Shown here: piece by piece, positions 13,910 through 27,149 of the stretch
How the letters are laid out: the number at the start of each line of letters is the position of its first letter
Numbering within the stretch: position 1 is the stretch's first letter
NCBI GenBank assembly: GCA_028534125.1
Contig: CM052816.1
Location: 92,568,001-92,632,000 of the forward strand
Direction: 5' to 3'
From: Lama glama
Lineage: Eukaryota
DNA: 64,000 bases
Position numbers and translations under genes: made by a program
The notes under the pieces: model-generated
Database searches by the model: none
Seen by the model: only the letters and a program-made list of their open reading frames with translations
What the model was told of the DNA's origin: nothing

Positions 13910-14049
13910 TTGTGGTGCATCTATATGATTATTTATCAGGAAGCAAATAAAACTCCTAGTGTCAAAGATATTGACTGACACTGAAAAGACTCATATTTGT
14001 TTGTTGGAGGAAAAAATGCTTTTTTTTTCCTCCTGTAGGGATTGCTGCT

Positions 14050-14335
14050 GTGTGGATTAAAGGTGCAATGGGGACTTCTTCAGCCCTCTTGTCACTAGAA
14101 AGAAAGAGCCTGCATGATATTAATACATACATGGAGGAAGTAGAACTAAGAGATGGAGAAAAAGCCCTAGTATGTTGCTTAAGCTCCTGGATTCAGCCAT
14201 ACCTGAAGCAGTATACTCCTGTATCTTGCAGTTACATGAGCCAACTCCCCTTCCTTCCTTTTTTTTTTTTTTTTAGCTTAAGGCTATTTAAGATAAGTTT
14301 CTTATCAATTGCAACTGAAATAATACTAATACAGT
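14050..14335. mobile_element. MLT1-like LTR remnant
   Basis: cctggattcagccatacctgaagc...cagttacatgagccaa...ttgcaactgaaataatactaataca. Confidence 0.6.
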
Positions 14336-14829
14336 GTGAGCAGCTAAATTTTGTGGAAAAAATATTTATGCACAGAAAAATATTGGAAGAATGAACCCTC
14401 AAATATTAATAGTTGTCATCATGGGTGATAATTTTAAAGGCTATTTTTAATTTTCTTCTGCTTACATCTCAGTATTTTCCAAATGTTCCAAAATTATATA
14501 TTACCAGTATAACTTTTCAGTGTTATTTTAACATGTGATCCCCTACGAAACTGCGGAGGGGGAAATTTTCTGTATCATAGAGAATCTTGCCTCCTTGTTT
14601 TGGCCCCTTTATCTGAGGTTGATTTTATGCACTATTGATGTTTTTTATTGAGTAGATCTCTAGATCTTAGACGTCAAACCCTATCATACGTACTTTATAA
14701 GACAAGCTGTCTTAACAGTTTCTAAGGCCTAGAGGGAGTTTAGCATTTGATTCAATAAACTCTGAGTCAGTAGAAAAAAAACGACCTATTCTTATGGGAT
14801 AGGTCATTGCTCAGGCCCTAGATTCTGAA

Positions 14830-15172
14830 ACGGGGAGGGCACACTTCCTGTTAAGGGCCAGGTAGTAAATAGTTCAGGCTTTGTGAGCCGCTTACTCTTC
14901 ATGGCAACCACTCAGCTCTGCCATTGTGTCATGAAAGCAGCCCTAGATAATTTATAAATTAAAGTGAGCATGGCTGTGTGCCAATACAACTTTATTTAAG
15001 AACCTTGGAACTCAAGTTTTCTGTAATGTTCACACGTCACAAAATATTCTTTTCCTTTTGATTACTTTCAACCATTGAGAAATGTAAAAACCAATCTCAG
15101 CTCACAAACCTTACAAGGACAGGTGCCGGGTCACACTGGGCCTGCAGAAAGTATTTTGCTAAACACCCCCTG
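14830..15172. mobile_element. MER58-like hAT-Charlie DNA transposon
   Basis: aagggccaggtagtaaatagttcaggctttgtgagcc...actcagctctgccattgtgtcatgaaagcagcc...ggctgtgtgccaatacaactttattta. Confidence 0.8.
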
Positions 15173-15614
15173 CTCTGCAATATTAGGATTTCGGTCATCA
15201 TGCTAGCCTTTGCTGCAGCTTGAATCTCTGTGATGTCTGGGTTGAGTTTCCTTTAGGAATGATAATCCTACAGCATCCGGCATGGTTTTTTTTAGCAAAT
15301 CTCAGGGGTTTGGGAGTAGTCGATGGCGTTTGTGTCTCTGCAGACATTATGTTCTTTCCTTTTACTGAGATAAGAGTAGGAATCTTTCTGCTTTTCTCCA
15401 CCTTTTGTGATAGAGTCAGTATTTTCACACCTCTGCTCAAGGGAGCAGCCATATGGCAGTTCTTGGGGTTGTCAAGCTCTATTTTGGACTCTGAGCTTGA
15501 AGCTGGTAGAACTTTAAAGGATTTTTTGTTGATGGCTGCCAGATTGGCTTTCTACTCCATAATGATCCTGAAGTCAAAGAAGCTTATCGCGCTGTCAAAA
15601 ATATTAAGTAAATG

Positions 15615-15886
15615 GTTACCAGGCGGAGTGGAGGGAGTGGGAAGGGATAAATTGGGAGTTTGAGATTTGCACATACTAACCAATATATATATATTAGATA
15701 ACAAGTTTATACTGTATAGCACAGGGAGCCATATTCAGTATCTCATAGTAACTTATGGTGAAGAAGAATATGAGAACGAATGTATGTATGTTCCTGTGTG
15801 GCTGAAGTATTGTGCTGTACACCAGAAATTGACACAACATTGTAAACCGACTGTACATCAATAAGCATATATTAAAATAAATAAAT
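15615..15886 (+). mobile_element. Short LINE-1 3' UTR insertion with perfect 16-bp TSD
   Basis: L1 3' UTR plus (taaa)n tail. TSD aaatattaagtaaatg at 15599-15614 and 15887-15902. Confidence 0.92.
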
Positions 15887-16789
15887 AAATATTAAGTAAA
15901 TGATCAGCCAATGGTAATTTAAATTTTTAAAAGAATATTCAATATGGGAACATTTTTGAGGTTTCATTTTAAGAAGGAAAAGACAAGTAAAGGGTTTACA
16001 GTGGTTGCTGTCTTGGTGTCAGTCCAGAATGTTCCTGGCTATAACTAACAAACCTAAACAAAGGCAGATAAAGTGACTAAGAGTCTCAGGTCACAGGAAG
16101 TCCAGAGGCAGGCTGGACACCGCTTCTCAACCCTGTGACTCTCCTGGTCCTTCCAGCATGTTGGCTGTTGATGCTCTAAGCATTGTGCTCAAATTCAGGG
16201 AAGGAAGAAGGGGAAGAGGCAGCACCAGCGACCAGCATCCTTCCCAGAAGCGCCTGCAGACAACCGCTTGAGTAACATTCCATAGAACGGTGTCACGGGA
16301 CTACCCGGACTTCAGGGGAAGCTGGGAAAGCACGCGTTAGCTTTTTCAGCCTCTGTGGTGGGGTTGACAACAGAGAAAGGAATTAGGAAGGGCTGTTAGT
16401 TGGAATAACAATTATGTGCTACTGAAGAAAATTCTCGATAGCAAGTAAAGCTCTTTCGCCCTACACCAGTGGAACAGGCCACCCAAGGAAGCATAGACTT
16501 CATCTGTCTGTGCACTGGGGTGTCCCCAGCTCCTAGCACATTCAAATCATTTAATATATATTTGCAAAATTAGTGAATAAATGAGCCAATGACAAGAGCT
16601 CTTGGAAACTCATTGGTGGTATGATCTGTCCTCTTTTGGATAGCACATCAACAAAGAATTCTTTGGTTCACTCATGGCCCTTCAATCTTCAAGCATGGTT
16701 TAAAGCTGCACCATGTGATGGAAAGCTCCACCAGCTGTCTCTGCCCAACATTTAAACCTTGCTGAACTCCTACCTTTCACTGACATCTT

Positions 16790-16893
16790 TCTTTTTTTTT
16801 CCTTAGTTTTTTTTTTAACGGAGGTACTAGGAACTGAACCCAGGACCTTATGCATGCTAAGCATGCCTTCTACCACTGAGCTATACCCACCCA
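16790..16893 (-). mobile_element. tRNA-Ala-like SINE (camelid vic-1 type)
   Basis: Minus strand gggtatagctcagtggtagaaggcatgcttagcatgcataaggtcctgggttcagttcctagtacctcc plus A tail, with A/B box-like segments. Confidence 0.88.
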
Positions 16894-17479
16894 CCCGCCT
16901 GCCCATCTTAGATGCATCTTTCTTGACTGACGAGAGGAGATGTACTGCTTCCACTATCTTGCCCAGCTCAGAATGAAGCTGATTAGTGACTACCCAGAGC
17001 CAGAATCATGAGACTCATTACCACAAAGAGGATGGAGATGGGGGGAACATCACAAAACTTCATTCAGCCCTTCCTATGTCCCGACACCACATGGGGGATT
17101 ACTTATGAAGTTCATACCACTTTATCAAAGAGGAAGGGAAAGTTCACATACTTAAGTGTGAACATTTGAGTAATGTCATGAGTTAAATAAAACAAGATAA
17201 AAAAATAAAATTTTTTAATTATGAAAAGTCAAAAACCAGGAGACAGTGGTCAACAGTGGCAAACTGCCTGAAGACACTGACTCTTCTACCCTACTGTGAC
17301 CAGAGGCAAAAAACAGGGAAATGGAAAATCAAAGAAATGCCAGTAGGCTAAAAATAAATGCATCATACTTTTGGATGAGGGAAGGCAGATGGAAGACTGA
17401 ACAGAGAGAGAAAGCTTCCCCCTCAAATGTCCACTAGGAAGAAAACCAAGCAGAAGAATAGCTAATAATAATATTGACA

Positions 17480-17632
17480 ATACATACTGAACGATTATCG
17501 TATTCCTGGTACTTCTCAGTGTTTTACGTGCATTGTTTCATTTAATTCTCATCATTAATCTCACTAAGTAGGTAAGATTATTATCCCTATTTTACAGATG
17601 AGGAGATGGAGGCACAGAGATGTATGTAACAA
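17480..17632. mobile_element. MIR SINE
   Basis: ttattatccctattttacagatgaggagatggaggcacagaga. Confidence 0.7.
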
Positions 17633-18317
17633 GGTGCTTCAAAACTGGGTTAATCAGAGATCAAGAGAGAAATCTTGGAAGTTAAAAATGTGATAATCCA
17701 AATAAAACGTTTAACAAGGCCTGGCCCACAGTACAAGTTTAATCAAGGAAATCATTGTTTTGGGACATTTATTTTCTGTTTCCACTTTTCTTTTCCATTA
17801 TTGTTCCATTATTGTTTTGTGATCTACACCAATGTCCAAGACAGAGCACCTTTTATATTACAAGCTCTTTTTGGACAGAGGATACAATTTTAGAATCTTG
17901 GATAATAGCACAAAGTCTACTCTAGATTCTCCCTTTGAAGGGAATTAACTCTGAGGTGACGAGAGGAAGCCCATCAATTTCCCCAAGGTCAGGGAGCTAC
18001 TCAGTAGGCACGACCAAGAATAGAGCCCTGGTCCCTCGGCTCCCAAGTTAATGCCCCTCCATCAGTCTTTTCTTGGTCCAGCCCTGCAGTGGACACGGTG
18101 GGTGGGTCGGCTGGGCCCCTTCTTTCAGGAAATGCCCACCCTCCCTGGTTCCATGATGTCTTAAAAGGGCTGTAAATCACAAGGGCCATTAGAGCACCTC
18201 ATCGCTGTGTTCATGAAGGGGCCAGTGACACACACATAGAGGCAACTGGAGCCTTCCCTGGGTTTGACATATGATATTAAAATAAAGAAGTCACTTTTCA
18301 CTAGGGTTGCTAGGATA

Positions 18318-18866
18318 GTGGAAGGGAAAAAATCTTTTTCCTTTAATCATCTTAGGTTTCCCTGCTGTGATCCTATAAATTAGACAGGCAAAAGACAGAT
18401 TAACAAGAGAAAAACAGAAGTTTTTTTTACATGTGCATCGTGAATTACATGGGAGCACCCAGTGGTGAGTAGCCCAAAGAGGTGGCTAGAATTTGGGCTT
18501 ATATGCCATCTGAGGCTAAACAAAGAAGAGGGGTTTGGGGCTTCTGGCCAAGGGAGGCATGTTAGGAGAGCTGACCAGGAAAGATATGGTAAATCAGGGT
18601 TTACTAAGGTTTGTGGTGCAGATTTAAGTCATGCCTTCTCCACTGATAAGAGTTAAAAGTCCTCCTCTTCCTGTACAGGAGAGGGAGGCATCTTGACAAA
18701 TGGAAATTTATTTTAAAAATATAAATTTCCTTTACCAAAAAAATGCAACTTATGCCCTGTTTTTAGAGTTTTTCCTGTGTCTGCTGATTCTCATTAAGTC
18801 TTTAGCTCAAAATAATCCATTAGCCAAAGAGGCAAATTTGGGGGTGGCATATTCTGGTACCCTTCA
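18318..18866 (-). mobile_element. Solo ERV1 LTR (MER34/MER39-like)
   Basis: Minus strand begins TGAAGGGTACCAGAATATGCCACCCCCAAATTTGCCTCTTTGGCTAATGGATTATTTTGAGCTAAAG. Confidence 0.75.
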
Positions 18867-19649
18867 TTTACTGGAGAGGATCTGCAGTGAGAGTGGCCAC
18901 AGTCATCACAGCCATCTTACTGTATCAAGTGTGATGCCAGGCCAACCAGGCGATGGAGACAGAGATAGACGGCCTTGATAACACCACTGAGCATGGCCAA
19001 GGGCAGTCCCTGGATGACAGCTGTGTGCATAGCTGGTCACAAGATCAATCAGACTGCTTGAGATAGGAAGCCAGAGGGTTCCGGAAGGGAGGGCTCCAGG
19101 GAGAAGAATGGAACTGGTTACATATTAATGCATTGGAGCATTTGGAAAATAATATGGCAGGCATCTGGTGGACCTGATGGCTCACTGGCAAAAAAATTAA
19201 ATATAAATACACAGAAAACCAAGCAAGTGAGCAAAGAGAGGCAATGAACTCCTGGAAGAACAAACGATTGTACAAGACGGGAAACATATTACATCATACT
19301 TCTTGGCTTGGCAATGGGCAATACTGACATAGTCATAACAAGGTTAAAAAAAGTTGTGACAGACCATGCTGATAGCATGGGAAGAGATAAAAATGTGGGA
19401 AAGAGTAACTAACATAGACAAATTTTCATCTCTTATAAAAGGAAGTCAAAAGATAATGTCTAAAATGATAAAGAATACAAAAGGCATATTATTTAGAAAT
19501 ATGAAAAGAAATACCAGAAAAGCTAGAAGGGTTGAAATTTTAGAGCAAGAAGCTTGGGAATTTTGCTATTGTTATAAGCTTCTAAAAGCTATGTGGCTTT
19601 TAAAGCCACACATACTTACTATTTTACATACATAGTGTATATCAAATAG

Positions 19650-19780
19650 CAAATATATATATAGTAAATATATATACTTACATATAACCATATATATAAC
19701 TAGGCAATATATGTAGTGTGTGTGTATATATATATGTATATACACATACTTTTTTTTTACTAAATATGCACATATACATT
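19650..19780. repeat. (TA)n/(TG)n low-complexity tract
   Basis: Runs of tatata and tgtgtg. Confidence 0.7.
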
Positions 19781-20034
19781 TCAAAAAAGTATTTATTTTG
19801 GAAAAATATAACACACTCAGTAGTCCCTGAGAAGCCACAAACGTGGGTTGTGTGATGACCTTAAAAATAAGTCAATGATCTTAGGCCATTAAAATGAGTC
19901 AGCAAATAAGCACAAGAAATTAAGTGTATATGCCTACTTCAAACACAAGTCTCTGTAAATACAGTGAAACTTAACAATACAGAGGGAAGAAAAGGCAAGA
20001 AAAAAGAGTGTTCACTAAAATCAATGTCTTTACA

Positions 20035-20698
20035 CTAAAAACAGACTAACCATATCATCCAGCAATCCCACTCTTGGGCATATATCCACAGGGAACTTTT
20101 CAAAATGATACATGCACCCCAATATTCACAGAAGCCCAGCTTACAATAGCCAAGACATGGAAACAACCTAAATGTCCATCGGCAGATGACTGGATAAAGA
20201 AGTTGTGATGTGTTTATTCAATGGAACACTATTCAGCCATAAAAAGAATAAAATAATGCCATTTGCAGCAACATGGGTGGATCCAGAGATCATCATTCTA
20301 AGTGAAGTTAGCCAGAAAGAGAAAGAAAAACACCATATGATATCACATATGTGGAATCTAAAAAAAAGACAACAAACTTATTTACAAAACAGAAACAGAG
20401 TCACAGATACAGAAAACAAATTAATGATTATCAGGGAAGGGGGTGCGAAGGGATAAATTGAGAGTTCCAGAATTGCAGATACTGACTACTATATATAAAA
20501 CAGATAAACAACAAGTTTCTACTGTATAACACAGGGAACTATATTCAATATCTCATAGTAACCTATAATGAAAAAGAATGTGAAAAGGAATATACATATG
20601 TATATGGATGACTGAACTGTTATGCTGTACATCAGAAACTGACACATTGTAAATTGACTATACTTCAATTTTAAAAAATAATTAAAAAATTTAAAAAT
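20035..20698 (+). mobile_element. 5'-truncated LINE-1 3' end with target-site duplication
   Basis: Same family as the 13130 copy. TSD aaatcaa[tg/ca]tctttaca at 20018-20034 and 20699-20715. Confidence 0.93.
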
Positions 20699-21889
20699 AA
20701 ATCAACATCTTTACAACAAAACAACGCATAGCGAGGTCTTTAACTCCATAATGGCTCTGGAACTCCACTAAAGGGAAGGCAGCTTGTGAGCTGGTAGGAG
20801 CCAGGTTCTGACCCCATACCCTTCAGCACATCATGTTCAAGGTCAGGGCTGAGATCTCAGTACATAACATTTAAAAATTTTAAACATCTTAAAAATAACA
20901 GCCATGGAAGTGTGGGTACGTTATCTGCGTCAGAGAAAAATGAAAGGAAGTTTCCACTTTTTAGGAATTCAATATTCTTAAGTCTTCTTTTTCTACCGCA
21001 GTTCTTGGGACAAATGCCCTACAACCCTTTGACACTCGGGACATTGGTGGTGCTCTCAGTTCTGCCCTGAAGGCCAAGAGAATATCCCTGAGTTTTGTGT
21101 GAACCACCAGGGAGGATTGCTGGATTGCTGCTTGCCTTTCTGCCCAGGCTGAGCTCCAGAATTATGCGGGGTGTGATGTGGGAGCTCCTGGTCTAAAGCA
21201 CCATCTCTAAATGCACCAGAAGGTGCTCTTCCACCCAGGGCACCGCAGGAGGGCAAAGGATCTGAATAAGAAGGGCGGGTGTGTCCAGTGGAGCATTGCT
21301 TAGATAACACAGAAGGGAGGACCTCGTGGTTTTGGGTGACAGAATCCCAATCGGAAGTATCACTCAATGAATGTTACCTATGTTTAATGTAAACAAGTCC
21401 TGTGTTTTACATTTGGAAGCCTTTCTTGACTCCCAGTCGCTCAGATATTGCTGCTAGATCTAAAAAACTGGCTTAAATTTGACATGTTGATCACCCACTG
21501 TGGATCAAGTGCCTCTGAGGAAACACAACTGTCACCAGATTTGGGTGACATGGTGATCAACGTGTCAGGCTAAAGAGTCGGGTAGTGAGGATGTGAGGAC
21601 ACGAGACTTCAGAAACAATCGCCTCCCAGATATGATCTCATCCAGAGTCTCTGGTCTCGCGCTTGATTCCTTTATGAGCATTGTCAGTGACTCAATAATC
21701 ACACACATTTCCATTCAATCATCTAGAAAATAAAAATAAAAACAGCATAAATAATCACAGTATTTAAATTGGTGCCACATACTACAAAGCAAGGCTCAAA
21801 AACACCCAGAGCCCTGATCCTCTAGTGAGGTCGAATCCCGCAGTCAGACGTCTCCCTTTCCCCATCTCTCTTCCCATCTCCCTCTTTTT

Positions 21890-22055
21890 CTCACCCAGCT
21901 TTACTGAGCTATAATTGACACATAACATTGTGGAAGTGTAAGGTGTACAATGTGTTGATTTAATACATTTACATATTGCCAAGGATCACCGCCATAGCAT
22001 TAGCTAACCCCTCATCCCTCATATAATTGCCATTTCTTTTTTGCGGTGGAGAACA
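21890..22055 (-). mobile_element. Old L1 3' end fragment
   Basis: cagctttactgagctataattgacacataacattgtg...gtacaatgtgttgattt. Confidence 0.7.
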
Positions 22056-25000
22056 CCATCTCCCCTCTTTGCTCACTTAATTGATTCTCTTATCCCCCTT
22101 CTTTTCCACCTTCCACATTTCTTCTTTATCCTTGTGGTGAACTAAAGAGAAAATTTAAATTAGGTCATTGCTTTCCTGACCCATTTAAAGGTCAGGGTAT
22201 TTCTCACCAGCTCACATTTCAGACACATCTAGGATGGAAGAGGTTTTGGTCCCAAGCAGGGACCAAAAATGGTTGGCAACAGTCTTCTGAATGAATTCTA
22301 AATGTGGTTTTTACTCTAAGGTTGGCTGCTTGGACTTCTGCCTTCCGGTAAGCACATCCATGCCCATCATTCCAATTCCACGCAGCAGCAAGTTCACCTT
22401 CACCTGCTCCAAAAACGTGAAGTTATTGGCCCAGCCCCGACCATCTGCTTTTTGCCCCGGGAGCAGCCTGGGCAAACAGAAGAGGTGGGCAGGTGGGGCA
22501 GGAAAGAGCCCTAATACCCTCGACTCAAAACACAGGCAAGGACCTCAGGCTGGTTTCACAGTGGGCTAGGAGGGCCAGCAACAGTCTCACCCTGCAGGGC
22601 CCACAGGAAGCCAGAGAGGAACTGAGTTCACCACACTGTGTAGTCATTGGCACTCACTGGTTTGCTCTGAAGCAAAGCGTCAGAAAACATTTCAGCAGCC
22701 ACTGAAAAGGAAGAGACATAAATCGTGGAATAAACGTTAGTCTGTCCTGTGGCTGGGTACCCTTAGAGTCACGTACGGAAAAGTTGTTCTTTTTTCTTTT
22801 TTTCTTACTTTGCTTCCTTAAAAAAATAACAGACAGCTGTCAGTGACCACAGAAATTCAGCTTTGCTTTTTCGGGTTGATTTGAGGCTTGTTACAGCAAA
22901 CTAGGCTCGCTCCCCTCGGTCACTCTTCCGCCCACCCCCGCCACCTCCTACGGGCAGTGGGAGCCCTCTGTGCATAAAGACAAAACTGGAAACAGCAACG
23001 TTCACAGGCTGCAATGTATTCCAAAGCCCTCTTTAAAAAGATTTTTTTGAAGAGCCTTCCTCCAGACCTCTATAAAAAAAAAAGGTTGAGATTTAGGACC
23101 GCTGGAATTGTACTAACTGCAACGTGAGGATTTTCTGATGGGAATTCCCTGTGCAACTTGAAAGGTCAGAGACAAATGGGCAGCTTCTGTAACTTGTAGG
23201 CATGTTCGAAGTAAACAGGGAGCGTCTGAGAATCACTCAGCTCCAGGTGTGGTGAGTTTCCCGGGAGAGCCCGCAGACTTCCACCATCTTTGGTCTCTGC
23301 TGATGAAGAAGGAAAGGGGAGGAGAGACTCACGGTGCCCCAACCCAGGGGAGGGACCCTGGCGTGCAGGGGTCCCCTCTCCCTCCCCCTGCTAGGTTTAC
23401 AAAAGTGCAGTATCTCCAGGGGGCAGACTGAGGCTCCCGAATGGAAAAAGAGAGGACCAGGCAAATCACGATCATAACAAATGCCGGCCACCATGACACC
23501 CGTCTGGCTTTCTGCCCCTCTGGGTGCTTCCTTGAATCGTGCCAGGTGCAAAGGGACCAATGAGGGATGGAGGGGGTCCTGATGGGCAAAAGGACTTGCC
23601 CACCAGCAGAAGGTGTTTTGTCCTCCTGCTCCTTGGCTGTCTGGGATCCTCCGAGGGGCGGTCAGTCTTTTTGCCAGGCTGCACCTGGGGGAAGTGGAAA
23701 CAAGTTTTCTGCCCAGGGGTTTCCTGCCCCACTTCTCTCCCCTAACTTGCTGTTTCCAGTCGTCCTCATCCCCAAGAGATTTTGATCCCAAGAAGTAGTG
23801 AAGTCTCTCTCTTTCCCCTTCTCATCTGTTGGGACTTCTCTTAACCATCAGCCTTCTTCCCTACTTTGGCCTCTTTTTCCTCCCAGAGGAAAGGCTGCCA
23901 GAAGGAGGAGGGAAAGGAGAAACAACCCAGGGGACCAAGAGGAAAAGTCATCAGCAGGCATTTTGAAAACAGCTTCCTCATGACATTATAATGATGGAAA
24001 CTTTTGGTTTCCTAGTTGCTATGAAAGAAGTCAGCAAGCCAGGAGCGACCAGAGCCCTGGGCTGCCTCTGTCTGGGGTGCTCTGTGTCCTCCTCCTGTGC
24101 ACCCAGGCAAGCACCGTGGGAGGTGATCAGGCACCATCAGCCATTCTGACCACCCGAGTATAACTACGGGGGAACTACGGACTCCTCACTCCCCACACCT
24201 GGAAGGGTCAGCTGCTGACCACCCCAACCCCTCAGTGACATGAGCTCCAGAATGAGGAGTGGAATTCCACACGTACCATTGGGTGCTTAAAGGAGGAGGG
24301 GGAGGTCATCCAATCCAGATCTTTCCCTTTCAGCCAATAATCAAAAGTAGATTTTGTGTGAAGCTTCAAAAATTGTAGGTACTAGGGGGCCATCACCGGT
24401 CTCATCCCGCTCTAGCCTCCTCTCCCCACCCCCTTCCCATTAGAAGCCTCTGGTTAATGTCTGTGGTCAGGGCAAGCTCTCTCTTCAGACTTTCGAGGGC
24501 ATTCCCCAGCCCCAGCCTTCTGGCTAGTGTCCCACTGAAAAAAAAAAATTGAGAAGTAATTACGTAACATGGTCTGTTGAACTTCCTCTTTGAGGGGCTG
24601 CCTGTTGGTAAGCAGTTACAATTCCAGGAGGTGCTCTGGGCACTGTTAGAGATTTTCAAGTGTTCCTGTCTAACTTTTGGAGACTGGAAAGGCTGGTGGG
24701 AGTTGTGTTGACTCGTATTATCCAGATAGGCATTGCTATTATGCCATAACATGTCTGCAAAAGAAGGCAAAACCTACAATTCCCAGCTGTGAGAAAACAT
24801 CCCTAGCGTCTCCATCTATAGTTGAAGTATGGGCTAGTAAGCCTCCTGAGATGGCAAGAAGCATTTGTAATTTTAGGTACTATCTGGCCCACAAAATACT
24901 GGGCATGTGGCAATGCAAGTGGATATCCCTGGCCATGCCCTGTGCCCCCACTATTGAGAGGATGCTTATTGGTGGTACCAAGGATGTGACACAGAATTTC

Positions 25001-25199
25001 CCTATACAAGTGTTAAGAGGAAAGAGGTCCTTCAAACCTGGGTGGTCGGGAGCACAGAGAAGACAGTACAGACTGGAACAAAATAGAGTTTTTTTCTGGG
25101 CACACTAGTTGCCATCAGACCTCCAGATGATTTACAACAGAACCCCAGTGCACAACCTGTGCAAGCCATGTTTAGGTAAGGATGGAGACCATGCAGGAC

Positions 25200-25700
25200 T
25201 CTTGCAGCTGGGAGTGACAGAGACATAACTCAGACTGCCGTAAACCAAGAAAGGAATTCATGGCTCATGTTACTAACACATCTGGGCTGCTTCCGGTTTG
25301 AGACATGGCTGAATCTAGTGTTTAAACCATGTCGTCATCATCCTTTCTCTTTCTCTTTGAATCTCTCTCTTGTTCTCCACTTCTCATCTCCATGTGTCTC
25401 TACTTGGTCTCAGTTGGAAAACTCTCCATGTGACTGATAAAGAGTCACTGCCTCCGGGCTTAGCAACTGTGTAAAAAGAGACAGTTGTCCCTGTTAGCCT
25501 GGGGGACAAAGTCCCCGGAAGATGCAGGCTTAGTTTACATGCTCCTCTTGGGGGACAGGGATGGGATACTCTCATTGGCCAGAACTGGGTTACCTGCCCC
25601 CTCCCAGCATCTAGGTGGAGGAGAAGGCAGGGTCAGCCCCACATGGTGGGCTTCCCACAGGAGTGAAGTGTTCTGTTGCCAGAACAGGCAGACAACGCAG
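25200..25700. mobile_element. MLT1-like LTR remnant
   Basis: gtgacagagacataactcagactg...aaaggaattcatggctcatgttact...gagacatggctgaatctag. Confidence 0.45.
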
Positions 25701-26036
25701 GAGATGTCCACTCCAAATGTCTATAGAGAAAGCTGTTCATTTCTAATTTTAGGTTCTGGGTTCAGACATTCTCAACCAATCCTTTGTGTGTGTATGCGTG
25801 TGTGTCTGTGTGTATGTACTCTTCATAAAGAACCCATTGAGAAATTGTTACAAAGAAATATCTGGACTCTGAACAAGAATTAAGATTTCTAGAAGTGGAC
25901 AAAGCTGGATGTTAGCAGATATTAAATTGGACATTTCAGCAGAGAAGCCCAGATGAACAGGCATTAGATACCAAAGAGAATGCAGTGATATGGAGGGGCA
26001 GATTTTCTAAAGAAATTTCTGAGAACTGGCTCATGA

Positions 26037-26900
26037 TGTGGGATAGTAGAAAAAAATGTGTATGTGTTGGTCTCTGCCCCAACTCCTTGCACAGAGCTCC
26101 TAAAACCCTTGTAATTTCCTACTGGTAAGAGCACAAGAAACATCTTTTGTTCCAATCCAAGCCTTTGACCCCGGTTCCTGACACACGGTGCTAGTCATTT
26201 GGAATTTCCTGAGTGACAGGAGTGTGTTCTGTGCTAATGAGGAGAAGCTGGGGGGCTCCTAGATGGGGACTGGTCACCAGGAAGACCAAGCCGTGATGAG
26301 TAGCTTGGATTTTTCAGCACTGTGCTGGGCTGGAAATGGAGTTAATATTGATCATGCCCACATGGAGAAGCCTCCATAAAAATCCCAATAGTATGTGGTT
26401 CTGGGAGCTTCCAGGTTGATGAACACATTCACACCAGGAGGGTGACACACCCAACTGTGCGGGGACCCTCTCAGACCTTGTTTCCTACATCTCTTCATCT
26501 GGCTCGGCATCTGCATCCTTTAGTATATCCTTTAGTAAACAGGTAGATGTGTTTCCCGGAGTTCTGTGAGCTGTTCTAACAAATAACCAAATCCAACGGC
26601 AAGGAGGTCATGAGAACCTCTGATCTTGAATCAAGTCAGAAAGAAGTTGTGGGTAAGCTGGCGACCCACTGCTTACAATTGGCGTCTGAAATGGGAGGAA
26701 GAGACCTTCAACTGTGGGATCTGATGTCACTACCACCAGGTAGAGAGTGTCTACCTGCAGGACACTCAGCAGGTGTCACAGAACTGCTTGGTGTGGGGAG
26801 AACCCACACATCTGGTGTGGAAGTGATGTGAATGTCACAGCGGTGTGAGAGTAAAGGAGAAATACAGGAGGGAAGACAGGGTGGTTCTTCCGTGAATAAA
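26037..26900 (+). mobile_element. Solo LTR, MER21-like
   Basis: ggtctctgcccc...cacagagctcctaaaacccttgtaatttcct...gagttctgtgagctgttctaacaaat...ttggtgtggggagaacccacacatctggtgt. Confidence 0.78.
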
Positions 26901-27149
26901 TCCACACTTGGGATACATGTGGTGAGGCTGTTGGAGCCTGAAGGGGCAATTTGTAAGGATTTTCTTGGAGCCTAATTCCCACCCGTGAGAGTTCTGATCT
27001 AATGTCCTGACAGAGGAGGGGAGGGGAGGGGACTGTGGGGGTATGGCTGACACTCCAGAGTTTATCAGGACAAAGTTGACACAAGTGGTTCCCCTTGTGG
27101 GCCAGACGCCAGCCATACAGGAGAAGGAGGTGATCTGGAGCACTTTTTG

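Noticed and set aside
15198..15663. Overlapping 84-aa and 147-aa ORFs as a possible processed pseudogene
   Set aside because: No recognisable protein, poly(A) tail or TSD of its own, and the longer ORF runs into an L1 fragment.
16815..16890. tRNA-like sequences (also near 37590 and 63125)
   Set aside because: They carry A tails, are diverged and occur in multiple copies, so they are SINEs rather than tRNA genes.
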